Below are positions 11,537-21,913 of a DNA stretch of 64,000 nt, in pieces. The stretch's first letter is position 1. Every line of letters starts with the position of its first letter. Source of the stretch: Candidatus Latescibacterota bacterium (GTDB taxonomy: Bacteria > Latescibacterota > UBA2968 > UBA8231); NCBI GenBank assembly GCA_965217585.1, contig OZ244561.1:2272001-2336000 (forward strand), in the 5' to 3' direction. Below the pieces are notes generated by a model. The model did not search any database. It was not told where the DNA came from and worked only from the letters and a program-made list of their open reading frames with translations. Position numbers and translations under genes: made by a program.

Positions 11537-12288
11537 CAGCCAATCCCCTCCCAATGCGCCCATTGATCGTCGCAGGTCTCGAAGCGGATATCGTTGGTGT
11601 CTTTGCGCGAGAAGCGGCCGATGAGGGCCATGCGGATATTGCGATTGACGTTCTTGGAACCCGTGTGAAAGAGCTGGCCGTGCCAGAAGATGGCATCGCC
11701 GGCTTGGCCGACGAATTCACTCCCTTTGGGGAAGGTTCCCTCCGCAAATACGTCGCTGGAAACGCCGCCCTGTACCGACAGCAGCGAGTGCGTCTGGAAG
11801 TACTCGTATGCCACGTTGTGACTGCCGGGCCAATAGGTGAAGCAGCCGCCCTGCGAGTCGATGTCCTCGACGTAGATCGTGACGTTGATGGTCATGTAGC
11901 CGACCGTGCCTTCGGGTACGCCGTTGGTAGGAGTATAGTAGCCGTCGAGATGGCCGCGCTCGGGCAAGGACCAAGCCTTGTCTTTGGCCGGGTACACCAG
12001 CGCCGGCCCAGCGTTGTTGGGATTGAGCTGATCCTCGCCGACCATTTCCTCCATCATCGCAAAGAGCGGCGACTCGTGGACGGCGGCGCGGATGGCCGGG
12101 TGATGAGCGGGTACAGGAGCGCGCGGCCCGGCTTCGACCCAAGTTGCAGGATCGTCGCGGTCGGCGTCAATGCCGCTCCAGAGGGCGGCCTGAGCGGCCT
12201 GAATTTGCGCAGACGTGAGTGCGCCGCGGACGATGAGACAGCCGTTTTCCTTAAAGGAACGCTTGTCTGCGGAGGTGAGATGAGGCAT
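11536..12288 (-). CDS. Phytanoyl-CoA dioxygenase (PhyH) family protein
   Basis: FKENGCLIV start, HLD motif, PGSH, AGDAIFWH..FHTGS (HxD...H facial triad). Confidence 0.88.
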   Translation of the reverse strand: MPHLTSADKRSFKENGCLIVRGALTSAQIQAAQAALWSGIDADRDDPATWVEAGPRAPVPAHHPAIRAAVHESPLFAMMEEMVGEDQLNPNNAGPALVYPAKDKAWSLPERGHLDGYYTPTNGVPEGTVGYMTINVTIYVEDIDSQGGCFTYWPGSHNVAYEYFQTHSLLSVQGGVSSDVFAEGTFPKGSEFVGQAGDAIFWHGQLFHTGSKNVNRNIRMALIGRFSRKDTNDIRFETCDDQWAHWEGIG

Positions 12289-12358
12289 GGCGGGACCTTT
12301 CCAATGCGGTTGAAAAGGCAAATATAGATCAGCTAAAAAGGGGTGTCCATTTGCCGAC

Positions 12359-12384
12359 GTAGGGGCGACCGGCCGGTCGCCCCT
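12359..12384. repeat. GTAG-type REP-like palindrome
   Basis: gtaggggcgaccggccggtcgcccct: a perfect palindromic stem preceded by GTAG, at the end of a gene. Confidence 0.7.
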
Positions 12385-13254
12385 TCAGACGACGATCGCT
12401 TGGTCTAAGGCGCGGATATAGCCAATAGTCCAAGCTAGCCCCGCGGCGTGGTCGCCGGCGATGGCCGGGAAGTGCTCGGAGTAAATCTGGCCCTTGTAGT
12501 CGATCTCTTTGAGGGCGCGGATGGTGCCGACCATATCGACTTCTCCCTGGCCGAAGGGCACTTCGAGGTAGCCTAGGTTCGCCAGCCGCTGCTCGATTTC
12601 CGGGGAAGTCGATCCCTGGGGCTTGGTGGCGATGTCGCGTACGTGGACCATAAAGACCTTGTCACCGAAGTGGCGGATGGTGTCGGGCAGGCTGTCGCCG
12701 GCCATTTGCGACTTGCCTTGGCAGAAGGTCAGGCCGTGGGCCGGCGAGTCGGTTGCAGCCATTAGATTGGTAAAGGTCTCTCTGTTCCAGATCAGGCGGT
12801 CGGGCACGTGAAACGTGTGGGTAGAAATCCGCACGCCGGCCTCTTCGCCGATTTGGCCGAGTTCTTGGAAGATCTCCACCAAGCCCTGCCAGTGCGTCTG
12901 CCGCTGGTCTGGGTCGGTGGGGGCCGCGTCGGCACTGAGGTAGAAATGCACGATAGGTATCTGCGCGTGGCCCATGTTTTCGATCAGGCGGCGCATGTAC
13001 CCCACTTCGCGCGTGCGGGCCGCATCGTCAACGCAGGCGTCGAGGCTGAGACGAGGCGGGGTCAGCCCGGCCAGCACAACTTCGGCGGCGGCGTATTGGT
13101 CGGTTAGCGCCGCGAGCGCGTCGGCCGCGGGCGCGTCGTCGGAAGAGATTTGGCCGGTGTTCAAGACGATGTGGGTAGCGCCGGCGTCGCGGCAATAGGC
13201 GATGTTGCGAGCGTGGTCGGCCCCAAAGGGGGCGAAGATGCCGATGTCGAACAT
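12385..13254 (-). CDS. TIM-barrel sugar epimerase / mannonate-dehydratase-like protein
   Basis: HGLTFCQG, VHVRD, GQGEVDM, EHFP, WTIGYIRAL. The true start is MFDIG after a GAGGAG RBS; the longer listed ORF runs through the tRNA. Confidence 0.8.
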   Translation of the reverse strand: MFDIGIFAPFGADHARNIAYCRDAGATHIVLNTGQISSDDAPAADALAALTDQYAAAEVVLAGLTPPRLSLDACVDDAARTREVGYMRRLIENMGHAQIPIVHFYLSADAAPTDPDQRQTHWQGLVEIFQELGQIGEEAGVRISTHTFHVPDRLIWNRETFTNLMAATDSPAHGLTFCQGKSQMAGDSLPDTIRHFGDKVFMVHVRDIATKPQGSTSPEIEQRLANLGYLEVPFGQGEVDMVGTIRALKEIDYKGQIYSEHFPAIAGDHAAGLAWTIGYIRALDQAIVV

Positions 13255-13280
13255 GAGTTCCTCCTCAGTGTACATAAAAA

Positions 13281-13355
13281 TGGTGCTCCCACGGAGAGTC
13301 GAACTCCGGTTACAGGGTTGAAAACCCTGGGTCCTGACCGCTAGACGATGGGAGC
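13281..13355 (-). tRNA. tRNA-Glu (anticodon TTC)
   Basis: Reverse complement GCTCCCATCGTCTAGCGGTCAGGACCCAGGGTTTTCAACCCTGTAACCGGAGTTCGACTCTCCGTGGGAGCACCA. Acceptor stem GCTCCCA/TGGGAGC, anticodon stem CAGGG/CCCTG, TTCGA loop, encoded CCA. Confidence 0.97.
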
Positions 13356-13417
13356 ACGCAAGGGGAAAAAATATAGAGATAGCCCTGGATATTGGCAAGC
13401 CATCCAGCCGCACCTTG

Positions 13418-14818
13418 CTAGGCGAAATCGTCGAGCGCGGGCGTGAGGAGATTGTAGTCGGTGGCTTGCTCAAAAGCGCGGGCGAGGCGCAGCAGTCGCG
13501 CCTCGTCGCGGGGGTGGCCGATGAGCTGCAAGCCGATGGGCAAGCCATCATGCGTGAACCCGCAGGGCAGGGATACGGCGCATAGATCGAGGAGATTGGC
13601 CGCGATGGTGTTGCGCAAGCAGAGGCCATTGATGGGGAAATAGACATCGTCGCGATCGATCTCGTCGAGAATCGGGGCGGCAAAAGGGGTGGTTGGGGTG
13701 ATGAGAAAATCGACATTTTCAAGGGCCATGCGGGCTTTGCGGCGCAGCTCGTCGCGCGCTCTCATCTGTCGGAGGAAGTCCGCAGCGAGGATATCGCGAC
13801 CGTCGAGGATGCGCGCCGAGACAATGGGGTCGAACTGATCGAGGTGCGCTTCGAGGTTGTGCCGGTGATAGAGATAGGCTTCGACGGCTGTGGTGCTGGG
13901 CCCGCTGCGCCATTCGGCTAGGTCGTCGAGCACCTCGAGCGATATTTCATCGACATAGACGCCGAGGTCGGCGAAAACGCGCGCCGAGGCACGCACTGCC
14001 GCTTCGACCTCCGCATCGACATCGTCCCAGAAAAACTCGCGCGGGAAGCAGAGCCGGAGGCCGGCGACCTCCCCTTCCAAATGATCCACAATCGAACCAC
14101 CGGGCAGGGGGTCCGCCATGGCTTGGAACAACAGGGCGCAGTCTTGCGCCGTGCGGCACAAAGGGCCGATGCTGTCGAGGGTGGGGTCGAGGGGCAAAAC
14201 GCCGGTGTTGGGGAGCAGGCCAAAGGTGGGCTTGAGGCCGGTAAGGCCGCAAAAGGACGAGGGAATTCGCACCGAGCCGCCGGTATCCGAGCCGAGGGCG
14301 GCCGCTGCCAGTCCAGCCGCCACGGCCACGCCCGAGCCAGCAGACGACCCGCCCGGTAGGCGGTGGGTTTCGGGATCCCAGGGGTTGACCGGGGTACCGT
14401 AGTGATGGTTGACGCCGGTGCCGCCAAAAGCGAATTCCACGAGATGCGTTTTGCCCAAGAGCACGACGCCCGCGGCAAAGAGGCGGCGGGCAACTGTGGC
14501 GTCGGCTGCGGCGATGTTGTCGCGCAGCAGGGTCGAGCCGCCGGTGGTAGGTAGATCCGCGACATCCACGAGATCCTTAAAGGCGAGGGGAATGCCGTGC
14601 AAGGGGCCGAGATAGGTGCCGGCCGAGATTTGCGCTTCGGCAGCGCGGGCTTGGGCCCGCGCCCGCTCTGACGTGACGGCGAGATAGGCATTGAGCGCCG
14701 GATCGTATTGCTCGATGCGCTCTAGGTAGAGTTCGGTGAGTTCGAGCGGGGAGAGTTCGCCGCGGCGGATCAGGGTGGCGAGTTCGGCGATGGGGGCAAA
14801 CGCTAGGGCATCATCCAT
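13418..14818 (-). CDS. Amidase signature family protein (GatA-like)
   Basis: GPLHGIPLAFKD, PGGSSAGS and LGSDTGGSVRIP (Lys-cisSer-Ser triad); start taken at MDDALA. Confidence 0.92.
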   Translation of the reverse strand: MDDALAFAPIAELATLIRRGELSPLELTELYLERIEQYDPALNAYLAVTSERARAQARAAEAQISAGTYLGPLHGIPLAFKDLVDVADLPTTGGSTLLRDNIAAADATVARRLFAAGVVLLGKTHLVEFAFGGTGVNHHYGTPVNPWDPETHRLPGGSSAGSGVAVAAGLAAAALGSDTGGSVRIPSSFCGLTGLKPTFGLLPNTGVLPLDPTLDSIGPLCRTAQDCALLFQAMADPLPGGSIVDHLEGEVAGLRLCFPREFFWDDVDAEVEAAVRASARVFADLGVYVDEISLEVLDDLAEWRSGPSTTAVEAYLYHRHNLEAHLDQFDPIVSARILDGRDILAADFLRQMRARDELRRKARMALENVDFLITPTTPFAAPILDEIDRDDVYFPINGLCLRNTIAANLLDLCAVSLPCGFTHDGLPIGLQLIGHPRDEARLLRLARAFEQATDYNLLTPALDDFA

Positions 14819-14838
14819 GAGGCGACCTATGCTAAGGG

Positions 14839-16644
14839 TTAATCCAACAGGGAAAATCCGGCGTAGCCAAGGCGGTCTTCCGCGCCTTCGACGCCGCCTT
14901 GGGGAAAGTACTCCCCCCAGCGCCGGCTGACCTTTTGCGCCGTTTCTTCGTCCGTTATCAGCTCGTCTGGATATCCGGGTTTCATGCGGCAATCCAAGAC
15001 GATCGGCGGCGTATAACAGGGGTGATGGCGACGGAGCTGGACGGCGGCGGCATACGTGTCGGCAGCCGGCTCAAAGCGGGTAAAGGTGCTCCAGAGAAAG
15101 GTGATGTTCTTGGCGGCCGCAGCGGCGTCGTCAACCAAGAATATCAGTGGCCAAGCTGCGACGGCCCGGTCTTCGGCGAGGTGTTGGGCGTAGCCGGGAT
15201 CTTCTGCGTACGTCGGGCCTTGGATCGCGAGGGCACCAGGGCAATAGACCGCAGCGGCGCGGGCCCCGCCGGGCAGGTCGCCGCTGAATTCTCCGGGCAA
15301 TTCGCCGACTGGATCGCCCACGCCTAGGAGGATTCCTTTGCTGCCTTGGTTCACGGCCGGTCCTGTGTAGTCGAGGGTGTCCATGGCGAGATTGGCGATG
15401 ACGAAAAGGTCGGTTTCGAGCCGCGCTCGCGCTAGGGCATACGCGAGTACCTGCCGGAAGTCGCCCAAGTCCAAGGGGCGATCTATGACGACCAAGAACT
15501 TGGTGAGGTTGAGTTGGCCGCCGTCCTCGCCCAAGATGCGAAAGGCGAATTTCATGGCCTCGCGTGGATAGCGCTCTTCGACGACGATGGTCGCCAGCGA
15601 GTGATAGCCGGTCTCGCCGTAGCTCCACATGGCCTTGATCGCGGGCATTACCAGCTTGCTCAAGGGCGTCATGAGCTGCTGGATGTAGGTGCCGAGGAAC
15701 ATGTCTTCCTGCGGCGGTTTGCCGACTACGGTGGCCGGGAAGATGGCGTCTTTGCGGTGGTAGAGGCGCTTGGCTTGGAGTACCGGGTAGTCGTGTTGCA
15801 GCGAGTAATAGCCATAGTGATCGCCGAAAGGCCCTTCGGGTTTGCGCACGTGCGGCGGCACCACGCCCTCAATGGCGAATTCGGCTTCGGCGATCAGGGG
15901 CAGACTGGAGCCTTGCACGCGGCGCAGGCGCTCGCCCTGCAACAGGGAGGCCAACATCAGCTCGGGCAAGTCCTCGGGCAGGGGCGCGATGGCCGCGAGG
16001 ATCAGCGCTGGCGGCCCGCCGACGAAGATGACCAGCGGCAGGTCTTCGCCTCGCTGCTCGGCGACGTGGTAGTGGAAACCTCCGCCTTTCTGGATTTGCC
16101 AGTGTACGCCGAGGGTCTGGGAATCGTGGCGCTGGATGCGGTACATGCCGAGGTTGTGATGGCCGGTATCGGGGTGTTCGGTATAGACCAGCGGCAGGGT
16201 GATGAAGTGCCCGCCGTCCTCCGGCCAGGTTTTGAGCAGGGGTAGGCGCGTAAGGTCGGGGGGCGACTGCACGCATTCGCCGACGGGGCCTTTGCCGACG
16301 GTCTTAAGCCCGACCTTGAGCGCGGCGGGGATCAGGTTTTTGTGCGGCCAGAGCTTGCCCGGCGAAAGCGATGGCAGGTCTTGGGCGAGTTGCACTAGCT
16401 GTTGGATAAACTGTTCCGGCCTAGGGCCGAAGGCCAGATCGACGCGCCGGGCAGTGCCGAAGAGGTTGGTGACGCAGGGAAAGTCCGCGCCTTCGACGTG
16501 GGTAAAGAGCAGGGCCGGGCCAGCGGCGGCAAGGACGCGGCGATGGATCTCGGCGATTTCGAGATCCGAAGAGACTGGGGCGTCAACGGTGACGAGCTCG
16601 CCTTCGCGGCGCAGAAGAGCGAGAAATTGGCGCAGGTTGTGCAT
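14839..16644 (-). CDS. ubiD: UbiD-family prFMN-dependent decarboxylase (probably quinone biosynthesis)
   Basis: NLGMYR, EGPFGDHYGYY and VVGKPPQED motifs; start taken at MHNLRQF. Confidence 0.9.
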   Translation of the reverse strand: MHNLRQFLALLRREGELVTVDAPVSSDLEIAEIHRRVLAAAGPALLFTHVEGADFPCVTNLFGTARRVDLAFGPRPEQFIQQLVQLAQDLPSLSPGKLWPHKNLIPAALKVGLKTVGKGPVGECVQSPPDLTRLPLLKTWPEDGGHFITLPLVYTEHPDTGHHNLGMYRIQRHDSQTLGVHWQIQKGGGFHYHVAEQRGEDLPLVIFVGGPPALILAAIAPLPEDLPELMLASLLQGERLRRVQGSSLPLIAEAEFAIEGVVPPHVRKPEGPFGDHYGYYSLQHDYPVLQAKRLYHRKDAIFPATVVGKPPQEDMFLGTYIQQLMTPLSKLVMPAIKAMWSYGETGYHSLATIVVEERYPREAMKFAFRILGEDGGQLNLTKFLVVIDRPLDLGDFRQVLAYALARARLETDLFVIANLAMDTLDYTGPAVNQGSKGILLGVGDPVGELPGEFSGDLPGGARAAAVYCPGALAIQGPTYAEDPGYAQHLAEDRAVAAWPLIFLVDDAAAAAKNITFLWSTFTRFEPAADTYAAAVQLRRHHPCYTPPIVLDCRMKPGYPDELITDEETAQKVSRRWGEYFPQGGVEGAEDRLGYAGFSLLD

Positions 16645-16740
16645 GGGCGGCCTAGGGCGGGAGGTGGAAGGTCGGGTTGGTCTTGAATATATTAAAGCCA
16701 AATTTCTAAAACATCCCCATTCCCCTCCGGAGACGATCAC

Positions 16741-16923
16741 ATGAAAACGAAGAAGGCGTTTGATTGCGTTGATATGAAAAGCCGTGGTGCAGAACAAATT
16801 CACGATCAAATCGCAAACATGACAATCGAAGAACAGCTAGCTTTCTGGCAAGAACGTACCGAGTTGCTGCGAAAGCGTCAGCAAGCGGTAAAAACGAGAC
16901 GCAAAACATCTCTCTATTCCTGA
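16741..16923 (+). CDS. Small protein resembling antitoxins that accompany PIN toxins
   Basis: 60 aa, [15 protein letters not shown]....[11 protein letters not shown] pattern; GGAG RBS; AT-rich patch. Confidence 0.6.
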   Translation: MKTKKAFDCVDMKSRGAEQIHDQIANMTIEEQLAFWQERTELLRKRQQAVKTRRKTSLYS

Positions 16924-16933
16924 AAGGTTTTAT

Positions 16934-19609
16934 ATGCCTGCTAACAACGACGAATTTGGCGCACGCTGCGAGTTGCAATGCAGCGGCGGTAGCGGCGTCC
17001 TGTACCGCATTCAAAAGTTAGAAGAAGACGGCGTAGCCGAGGTGAGCCGGCTGCCCTATTCAATCAAGATTCTGTTAGAGGCCGCGCTCAGGCAGTGCGA
17101 CGAGTTTGAGATTACTCGCGAGGACGTCGAGCGCATTGCGCGCTGGAGTCCCGAGACTGCGGGCAAGGAAGAGATTCCCTTCAAGCCAGCGCGGGTGGTG
17201 ATGCAGGATTTTACCGGCGTGCCCGCGGTGGTCGATCTGGCCGTGATGCGCGACGCCGTGGCCGATTTGGGCGGCGACCCGGAGAAGGTCAATCCCCTGA
17301 TTCCCGTTGACTTGGTAATTGATCATTCGGTGCAGGTCGATTACTACGGCATCCGCGAGGCTCTGGCCATGAACGCCGCGCGCGAATTCGAGCGCAATCG
17401 CGAGCGCTACGAGTTTTTGCGCTGGGGTCAGGAGTCGTTCGACAATTTTCGCGTGGTGCCGCCGGCCACCGGCATCGTGCATCAGGTCAACTTGGAATAT
17501 CTAGCGCAGGTGGTGCAGGAGCAGGACGGCGAATTCTATCCCGACAGCCTAGTGGGCACGGACAGCCACACGACGATGATCAACGGCCTCGGCGTCCTCG
17601 GCTGGGGCGTGGGCGGCATTGAGGCCGAGGCCGTGATGTTGGGGCAGCCGATCTACATGCTTTTGCCCGAAGTGGTCGGCGTCAAACTGACGGGTGCCTT
17701 GCCCACCGGGACGACGGCGACGGACTTGGTGCTGACGGTGGTGCAGATGCTCCGCGCACACGGCGTGGTGGGCAAATTCGTCGAGTTTTACGGCCCGGGC
17801 GTGAGCGAGTTGAGCTTGGCCGACCGGGCGACCCTCGCCAACATGGCCCCGGAATACGGGGCGACAATGGGCATTTTCCCGGTTGACGAGGAGACGCTGG
17901 CGTATTTGGTGCTCACCGGGCGCAAGAAGGCGGTGGTCGAGCGGGTCCGCGCCTATATGGAAGCGCAGGGCATGTTCTACCACGCCGAGGTGCCTGATCC
18001 TGTCTTCAGCGAGCACTTGGCATTGGATATGAGTACCGTCGAGCCGAGCTTGGCCGGCCCGACGCGGCCGCAGGATCGGGTCGCGCTCAAGGACGTGCCG
18101 ACCGCATTCGCCGCCTCGCTGGCGGATCGCTTTGAGGTGGAGGACAGCGGCAAAAAGGTCGCCGTCGATTTGGGTGAGCAGGGCGCAGTGGAGCTGGACC
18201 ACGGCGCAGTGCTCATCGCCGCCATTACCTCCTGCACGAATACCAGCAACCCGAGTGCGATGGTGGGGGCGGGGCTGTTGGCGCGCAACGCGGCCGAGCG
18301 GGGTCTCTCCGTTCCGGCCTACGTCAAGACTAGCTTGGCACCGGGCAGCCGGGTGGTCTCGCGCTACCTCGACGCGGCTGGCCTCACCGAGAGCTTAGAA
18401 GCCCTCGGCTTCCACACGGTCGGCTATGGTTGCACGACCTGCATTGGCAACTCGGGTCCCCTGCCCGAGGAAATCGCCACGGCCGTGGCTGACAACGACT
18501 TGGTGGTGTGTAGCGTGCTCAGCGGCAATCGCAATTTCGAGGGCCGGGTACACGCGGTGACGAAGGCTAATTTCCTCGCTTCGCCGCCGTTAGTCGTGGC
18601 CTACGCGCTCGCGGGCCGGGCGACGATTGACTTCGAGCGCGAGCCACTGGGCTGCGACCAAGCGGGCCGCGAGGTGTTCCTGCGCGACATCTGGCCCTCG
18701 CAGGACCAGATCCGCGACGCGATTGCCCGTTCGCTGACGCCGAAGATGTTCGAGGAAGAATACGGCAATGCGTTCAGTCAGAACGAGACTTGGAACGCCA
18801 TTCCCGTGCCTGCGGGCACGCGCTACGCCTGGGCCGAGGAGAGCACGTACATTCGCAAGCCGAATTTCTTCGACGGCCTCACTAAGGAGGTACTGCCGAT
18901 CCAGCCGATCCAAGGGGCGCGCGTCTTGGCCAAGCTCGGCGACAGCGTGACGACCGACCACATCTCACCGGCTGGCGCAATCGCCGTAGGCAGTCCGGGG
19001 GGCGAGTACCTCGCCGACCGCGGCGTCGAGCGCAAGGACTGGAACAGCTATGGCTCTAGGCGAGGCAACCACGAGGTGATGATGCGGGGTACGTTTGCCA
19101 ATATCCGCATCCGCAACGAGCTGGTGCCCGGCGTCGAGGGGGGCTTGACGCGCCACCTGCCTTCGGGCGAGCAGATGACCATGTACGAGGCGGCGATGCG
19201 CTACATAGAAGAAGGCGTGCCTTCGATAATTATCGCGGGCAAGGAGTACGGATCGGGTTCGAGCCGCGACTGGGCAGCTAAAGGTCCCTTTCTGCAGGGC
19301 GTCAAGGCCGCAATCGTCGAGAGCTACGAGCGCATCCACCGCTCAAACCTGATTGGGATGGGCATTCTGCCGCTGCAATTTTCCCCTGGAGACGATCGCC
19401 ACTCGTTAGGGCTGACCGGCGAAGAGATATACGATGTCGAGGGCCTCGACGACGACCTACAGCCGGGGCAGGTGTTGGAGGTGGTGGCCAAGAACGCTGC
19501 GGGCGAGAAGCGCTTTGCGGTGGTATGCCGGATAGACACCCCCGTGGAGATCAACTACTACCGCAATGGGGGAATCTTACACGCAGTACTCAGGCGGATG
19601 GCCGAGTAG
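16934..19609 (+). CDS. acnA: Aconitate hydratase A
   Basis: 891 aa; [53 protein letters not shown]. Confidence 0.98.
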   Translation: MPANNDEFGARCELQCSGGSGVLYRIQKLEEDGVAEVSRLPYSIKILLEAALRQCDEFEITREDVERIARWSPETAGKEEIPFKPARVVMQDFTGVPAVVDLAVMRDAVADLGGDPEKVNPLIPVDLVIDHSVQVDYYGIREALAMNAAREFERNRERYEFLRWGQESFDNFRVVPPATGIVHQVNLEYLAQVVQEQDGEFYPDSLVGTDSHTTMINGLGVLGWGVGGIEAEAVMLGQPIYMLLPEVVGVKLTGALPTGTTATDLVLTVVQMLRAHGVVGKFVEFYGPGVSELSLADRATLANMAPEYGATMGIFPVDEETLAYLVLTGRKKAVVERVRAYMEAQGMFYHAEVPDPVFSEHLALDMSTVEPSLAGPTRPQDRVALKDVPTAFAASLADRFEVEDSGKKVAVDLGEQGAVELDHGAVLIAAITSCTNTSNPSAMVGAGLLARNAAERGLSVPAYVKTSLAPGSRVVSRYLDAAGLTESLEALGFHTVGYGCTTCIGNSGPLPEEIATAVADNDLVVCSVLSGNRNFEGRVHAVTKANFLASPPLVVAYALAGRATIDFEREPLGCDQAGREVFLRDIWPSQDQIRDAIARSLTPKMFEEEYGNAFSQNETWNAIPVPAGTRYAWAEESTYIRKPNFFDGLTKEVLPIQPIQGARVLAKLGDSVTTDHISPAGAIAVGSPGGEYLADRGVERKDWNSYGSRRGNHEVMMRGTFANIRIRNELVPGVEGGLTRHLPSGEQMTMYEAAMRYIEEGVPSIIIAGKEYGSGSSRDWAAKGPFLQGVKAAIVESYERIHRSNLIGMGILPLQFSPGDDRHSLGLTGEEIYDVEGLDDDLQPGQVLEVVAKNAAGEKRFAVVCRIDTPVEINYYRNGGILHAVLRRMAE

Positions 19610-19627
19610 GGCCTACGAGAGGATGCA

Positions 19628-20869
19628 ATGAATTCTTGTGTTGTTAAAGACGTCGTGCGCACCGTGCTGCACGTGCCGTTCCACGAGCGCTGCGCCGACA
19701 CCATGGAAGTCTACGGGCCGGGTTGGTCCATCGTCGAGTTGATCGAAGTGGAGACCGAGGGCGGCGTTGTCGGCATCGGCGAGACGATTCAGGGATATAC
19801 GTGGGGCCACTCGCGCGAAGCGGAGTTTGCCCGCGTGCGCGGTCGGAACGTTTTCGAAATGCTGTGGGACGATTCGCTAGGGGCTGGCTTGCAGATGGCG
19901 CTGTTCGACGCGGCCGGCAAGCACTTAGGCGTACCCTGCCACCGGCTGATGGGGCCGCAGCACCGAGACGCCTGCCCGGTTTCTTGGTGGGCGCAAAGTA
20001 TGCCGCCGGCAGCGTGGGCGGCCGAGGCGCGCGCAGCCGAGGCGCATGGCTTTACCACCATGAAAGTCAAGGCGCGGCCTTGGTACGATATTGCGGCGCA
20101 ATTACAGGCCGTGGATGAGGCCACTTCTCAGCACTTCAAGCTGGACGCCGACTTCAACACCATGTTGCTGGGGGTTGACCAAGCCGCCCCGCTCATTGCG
20201 CGCTTGGAGCGAGACAACGCCTGTCTCGCTATCGTCGAGTCGCCAATTCCGCAGGACGACGTGGAGGGCAACAAGCTCCTGCGGCGCAAGATCCAATGTC
20301 CAATCGCCATGCACATAGGCCAACCGCCGCCCATGACGGCGATCCGCGAGGGCGTGTGCGACGGGTTTGTCATCGGCGGCGGGGTACACCGCGTCTTGAG
20401 CGACGGCAACTTGGCCGAGCGAGCGCACATGCCGTTCTGGTTGCAGATGGTGGGCACTGGCCTGACGGCGACCTTTGCGGCGCACTTGGGGGCGGTGCTA
20501 AAGGAAGCTCGCTGGCCGGCGATTCCTTGCGTCAACATCTATTCGCACGTTTTGGTGCAGGAGTTCGCCGTGGAGGGCGGGCATCTGCGGGTACCGGAGG
20601 CCCCGGGTTTGGGGATCGAGTTGGACCGGGAGGCTGTGGAGCGCCTGCGCGTCGAGCCGGACTTTGCGAAAGCGCCAGTGCGCCAAATACACGCCGTGCG
20701 TTGGCCGGATGGCCGGGTTCTCTGGGCTACCGACGGCAGTTACCGCAGCGATTTCACCGCTGGCAAGCGGACGGGCTTCTCGCCGGGGATGCAGCTAGAG
20801 GTGCGGCTCGACGACGGCAGCGAAGAATTTGATCGAGAGTATCGGGAGCGTTTTCTGGAGCGAGCTTAG
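19628..20869 (+). CDS. Mandelate racemase/muconate lactonizing enzyme family enolase
   Basis: KVKAR, LDADFN, VESPI and PGLGIELD motifs; paralog of 52257-53519. Confidence 0.88.
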   Translation: MNSCVVKDVVRTVLHVPFHERCADTMEVYGPGWSIVELIEVETEGGVVGIGETIQGYTWGHSREAEFARVRGRNVFEMLWDDSLGAGLQMALFDAAGKHLGVPCHRLMGPQHRDACPVSWWAQSMPPAAWAAEARAAEAHGFTTMKVKARPWYDIAAQLQAVDEATSQHFKLDADFNTMLLGVDQAAPLIARLERDNACLAIVESPIPQDDVEGNKLLRRKIQCPIAMHIGQPPPMTAIREGVCDGFVIGGGVHRVLSDGNLAERAHMPFWLQMVGTGLTATFAAHLGAVLKEARWPAIPCVNIYSHVLVQEFAVEGGHLRVPEAPGLGIELDREAVERLRVEPDFAKAPVRQIHAVRWPDGRVLWATDGSYRSDFTAGKRTGFSPGMQLEVRLDDGSEEFDREYRERFLERA

Positions 20870-20873
20870 GGCG

Positions 20874-21158
20874 TCACTTGAGTACGGCGACGGCTGCGCC
20901 CATGGTTGTGACGAGGATGCCGGTGCAGGCGATGAGCATGGCCATTAGCCGCGCGTAGCGCGAATCGAGTTGTTTGGCTAAGTCGTCGATGCGTCCGTTG
21001 GTCTGGTCGATGCGCCCGTTGGTTTGGTCGATGCGTCCGTGTATTTGGCGTATGTCTTGGCGCATGTCTTGGCGGAGATTTTGAATATCCTCGCGTAGGA
21101 AGCTGAGGGCGAGGGTGAATTCTGTCGGCTGGGCGGGATTGGGTGGCTGCTCGGCCAT
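20874..21158 (-). CDS. Tail-anchored coiled-coil protein, copy 3 (DUF1640/CCDC90-like)
   Basis: 94 aa; repeated RQDI/IDQTNGR stalk and a C-terminal hydrophobic helix; near-identical to its neighbours. Confidence 0.75.
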   Translation of the reverse strand: MAEQPPNPAQPTEFTLALSFLREDIQNLRQDMRQDIRQIHGRIDQTNGRIDQTNGRIDDLAKQLDSRYARLMAMLIACTGILVTTMGAAVAVLK

Positions 21159-21167
21159 GATGCGGTC

Positions 21168-21434
21168 TTAGAGCTTGAGCACGGCGACGGCCGCGCCCAT
21201 GGTTGTGATGAGGATGCTGGTGCAGGCGATGAGCATGGCCATTAGCCGCGCATAGCGCGAATCGAGCTGTTTGGCTAAATCGTCGATGCGCTCGTTGGTT
21301 TGGTCGATGCGTCCGTGTATTTGGCGTATGTCTTGGCGCATGTCTTGGCGGAGATTTTGAATATCCTCGCGTAGGAAGCTGAGGGCGAGGGTGAATTCCG
21401 TAGGTTGGGCGGGATTGGGCGGCTGCTCGGTCAT
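21168..21434 (-). CDS. Tail-anchored coiled-coil protein, copy 2
   Basis: 88 aa paralog of the adjacent genes. Confidence 0.75.
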   Translation of the reverse strand: MTEQPPNPAQPTEFTLALSFLREDIQNLRQDMRQDIRQIHGRIDQTNERIDDLAKQLDSRYARLMAMLIACTSILITTMGAAVAVLKL

Positions 21435-21443
21435 GATGCGGCC

Positions 21444-21752
21444 TTAGAGCTTGAGTACGGCGACGGCCGCGCCCATGGTTGTGACGAGGATGCTGGTGCA
21501 GGCGATGAGCATGGCCATCAGTCGCGCATAGCGCGAATCGAGTTGTTTGGCTAAGTCGTCGATGCGTCCGTTGGTCTGATTGATGCGCTCGCCCACTTCG
21601 GTACGCAGGGCGTTGATACGCTCGTTGGTTTGGTCAATACGCTCGTGTATTTGGCGCACGTCTTGGCGTATGTCTTGAATATCCTCGCGTAGGAAGCTGA
21701 GGGCGAGGGTGGATTCCGTGGGCTGGGCGGGATTGGGCGGCTGCTCGGTCAC
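21444..21752 (-). CDS. Tail-anchored coiled-coil protein, copy 1
   Basis: GTG start at 21752 after GGAGG aligns with the ATG of the other copies; 102 aa. Confidence 0.75.
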   Translation of the reverse strand: MTEQPPNPAQPTESTLALSFLREDIQDIRQDVRQIHERIDQTNERINALRTEVGERINQTNGRIDDLAKQLDSRYARLMAMLIACTSILVTTMGAAVAVLKL

Positions 21753-21913
21753 CAGAAGTTCCTCCATCGGTAAATGTAAGCGCTCGCCCCCTACATGCAA
21801 AAAGCAGACCACGCTTAAGCAGCCGTCCGTTCCCTCTGGTAGAAGTATGTGCTGTATGCGCCGTGCTGTTGCCTTGTAGAAACGACGCTGTTCCTCAGAG
21901 GCAACAACATTCC

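Noticed and set aside
13281-13355. tRNA as an integration site
   Set aside because: I saw no duplicated tRNA 3' end and no integrase in the window.
12385-13722. 445-aa ORF as listed
   Set aside because: Its 5' part overlaps the tRNA-Glu and amidase genes; the real start is about 13254.
13281-14818. Amidase next to tRNA-Glu as a gatA transamidation locus
   Set aside because: There is no gatB/gatC and the protein looks like a generic amidase; the adjacency is probably coincidental.
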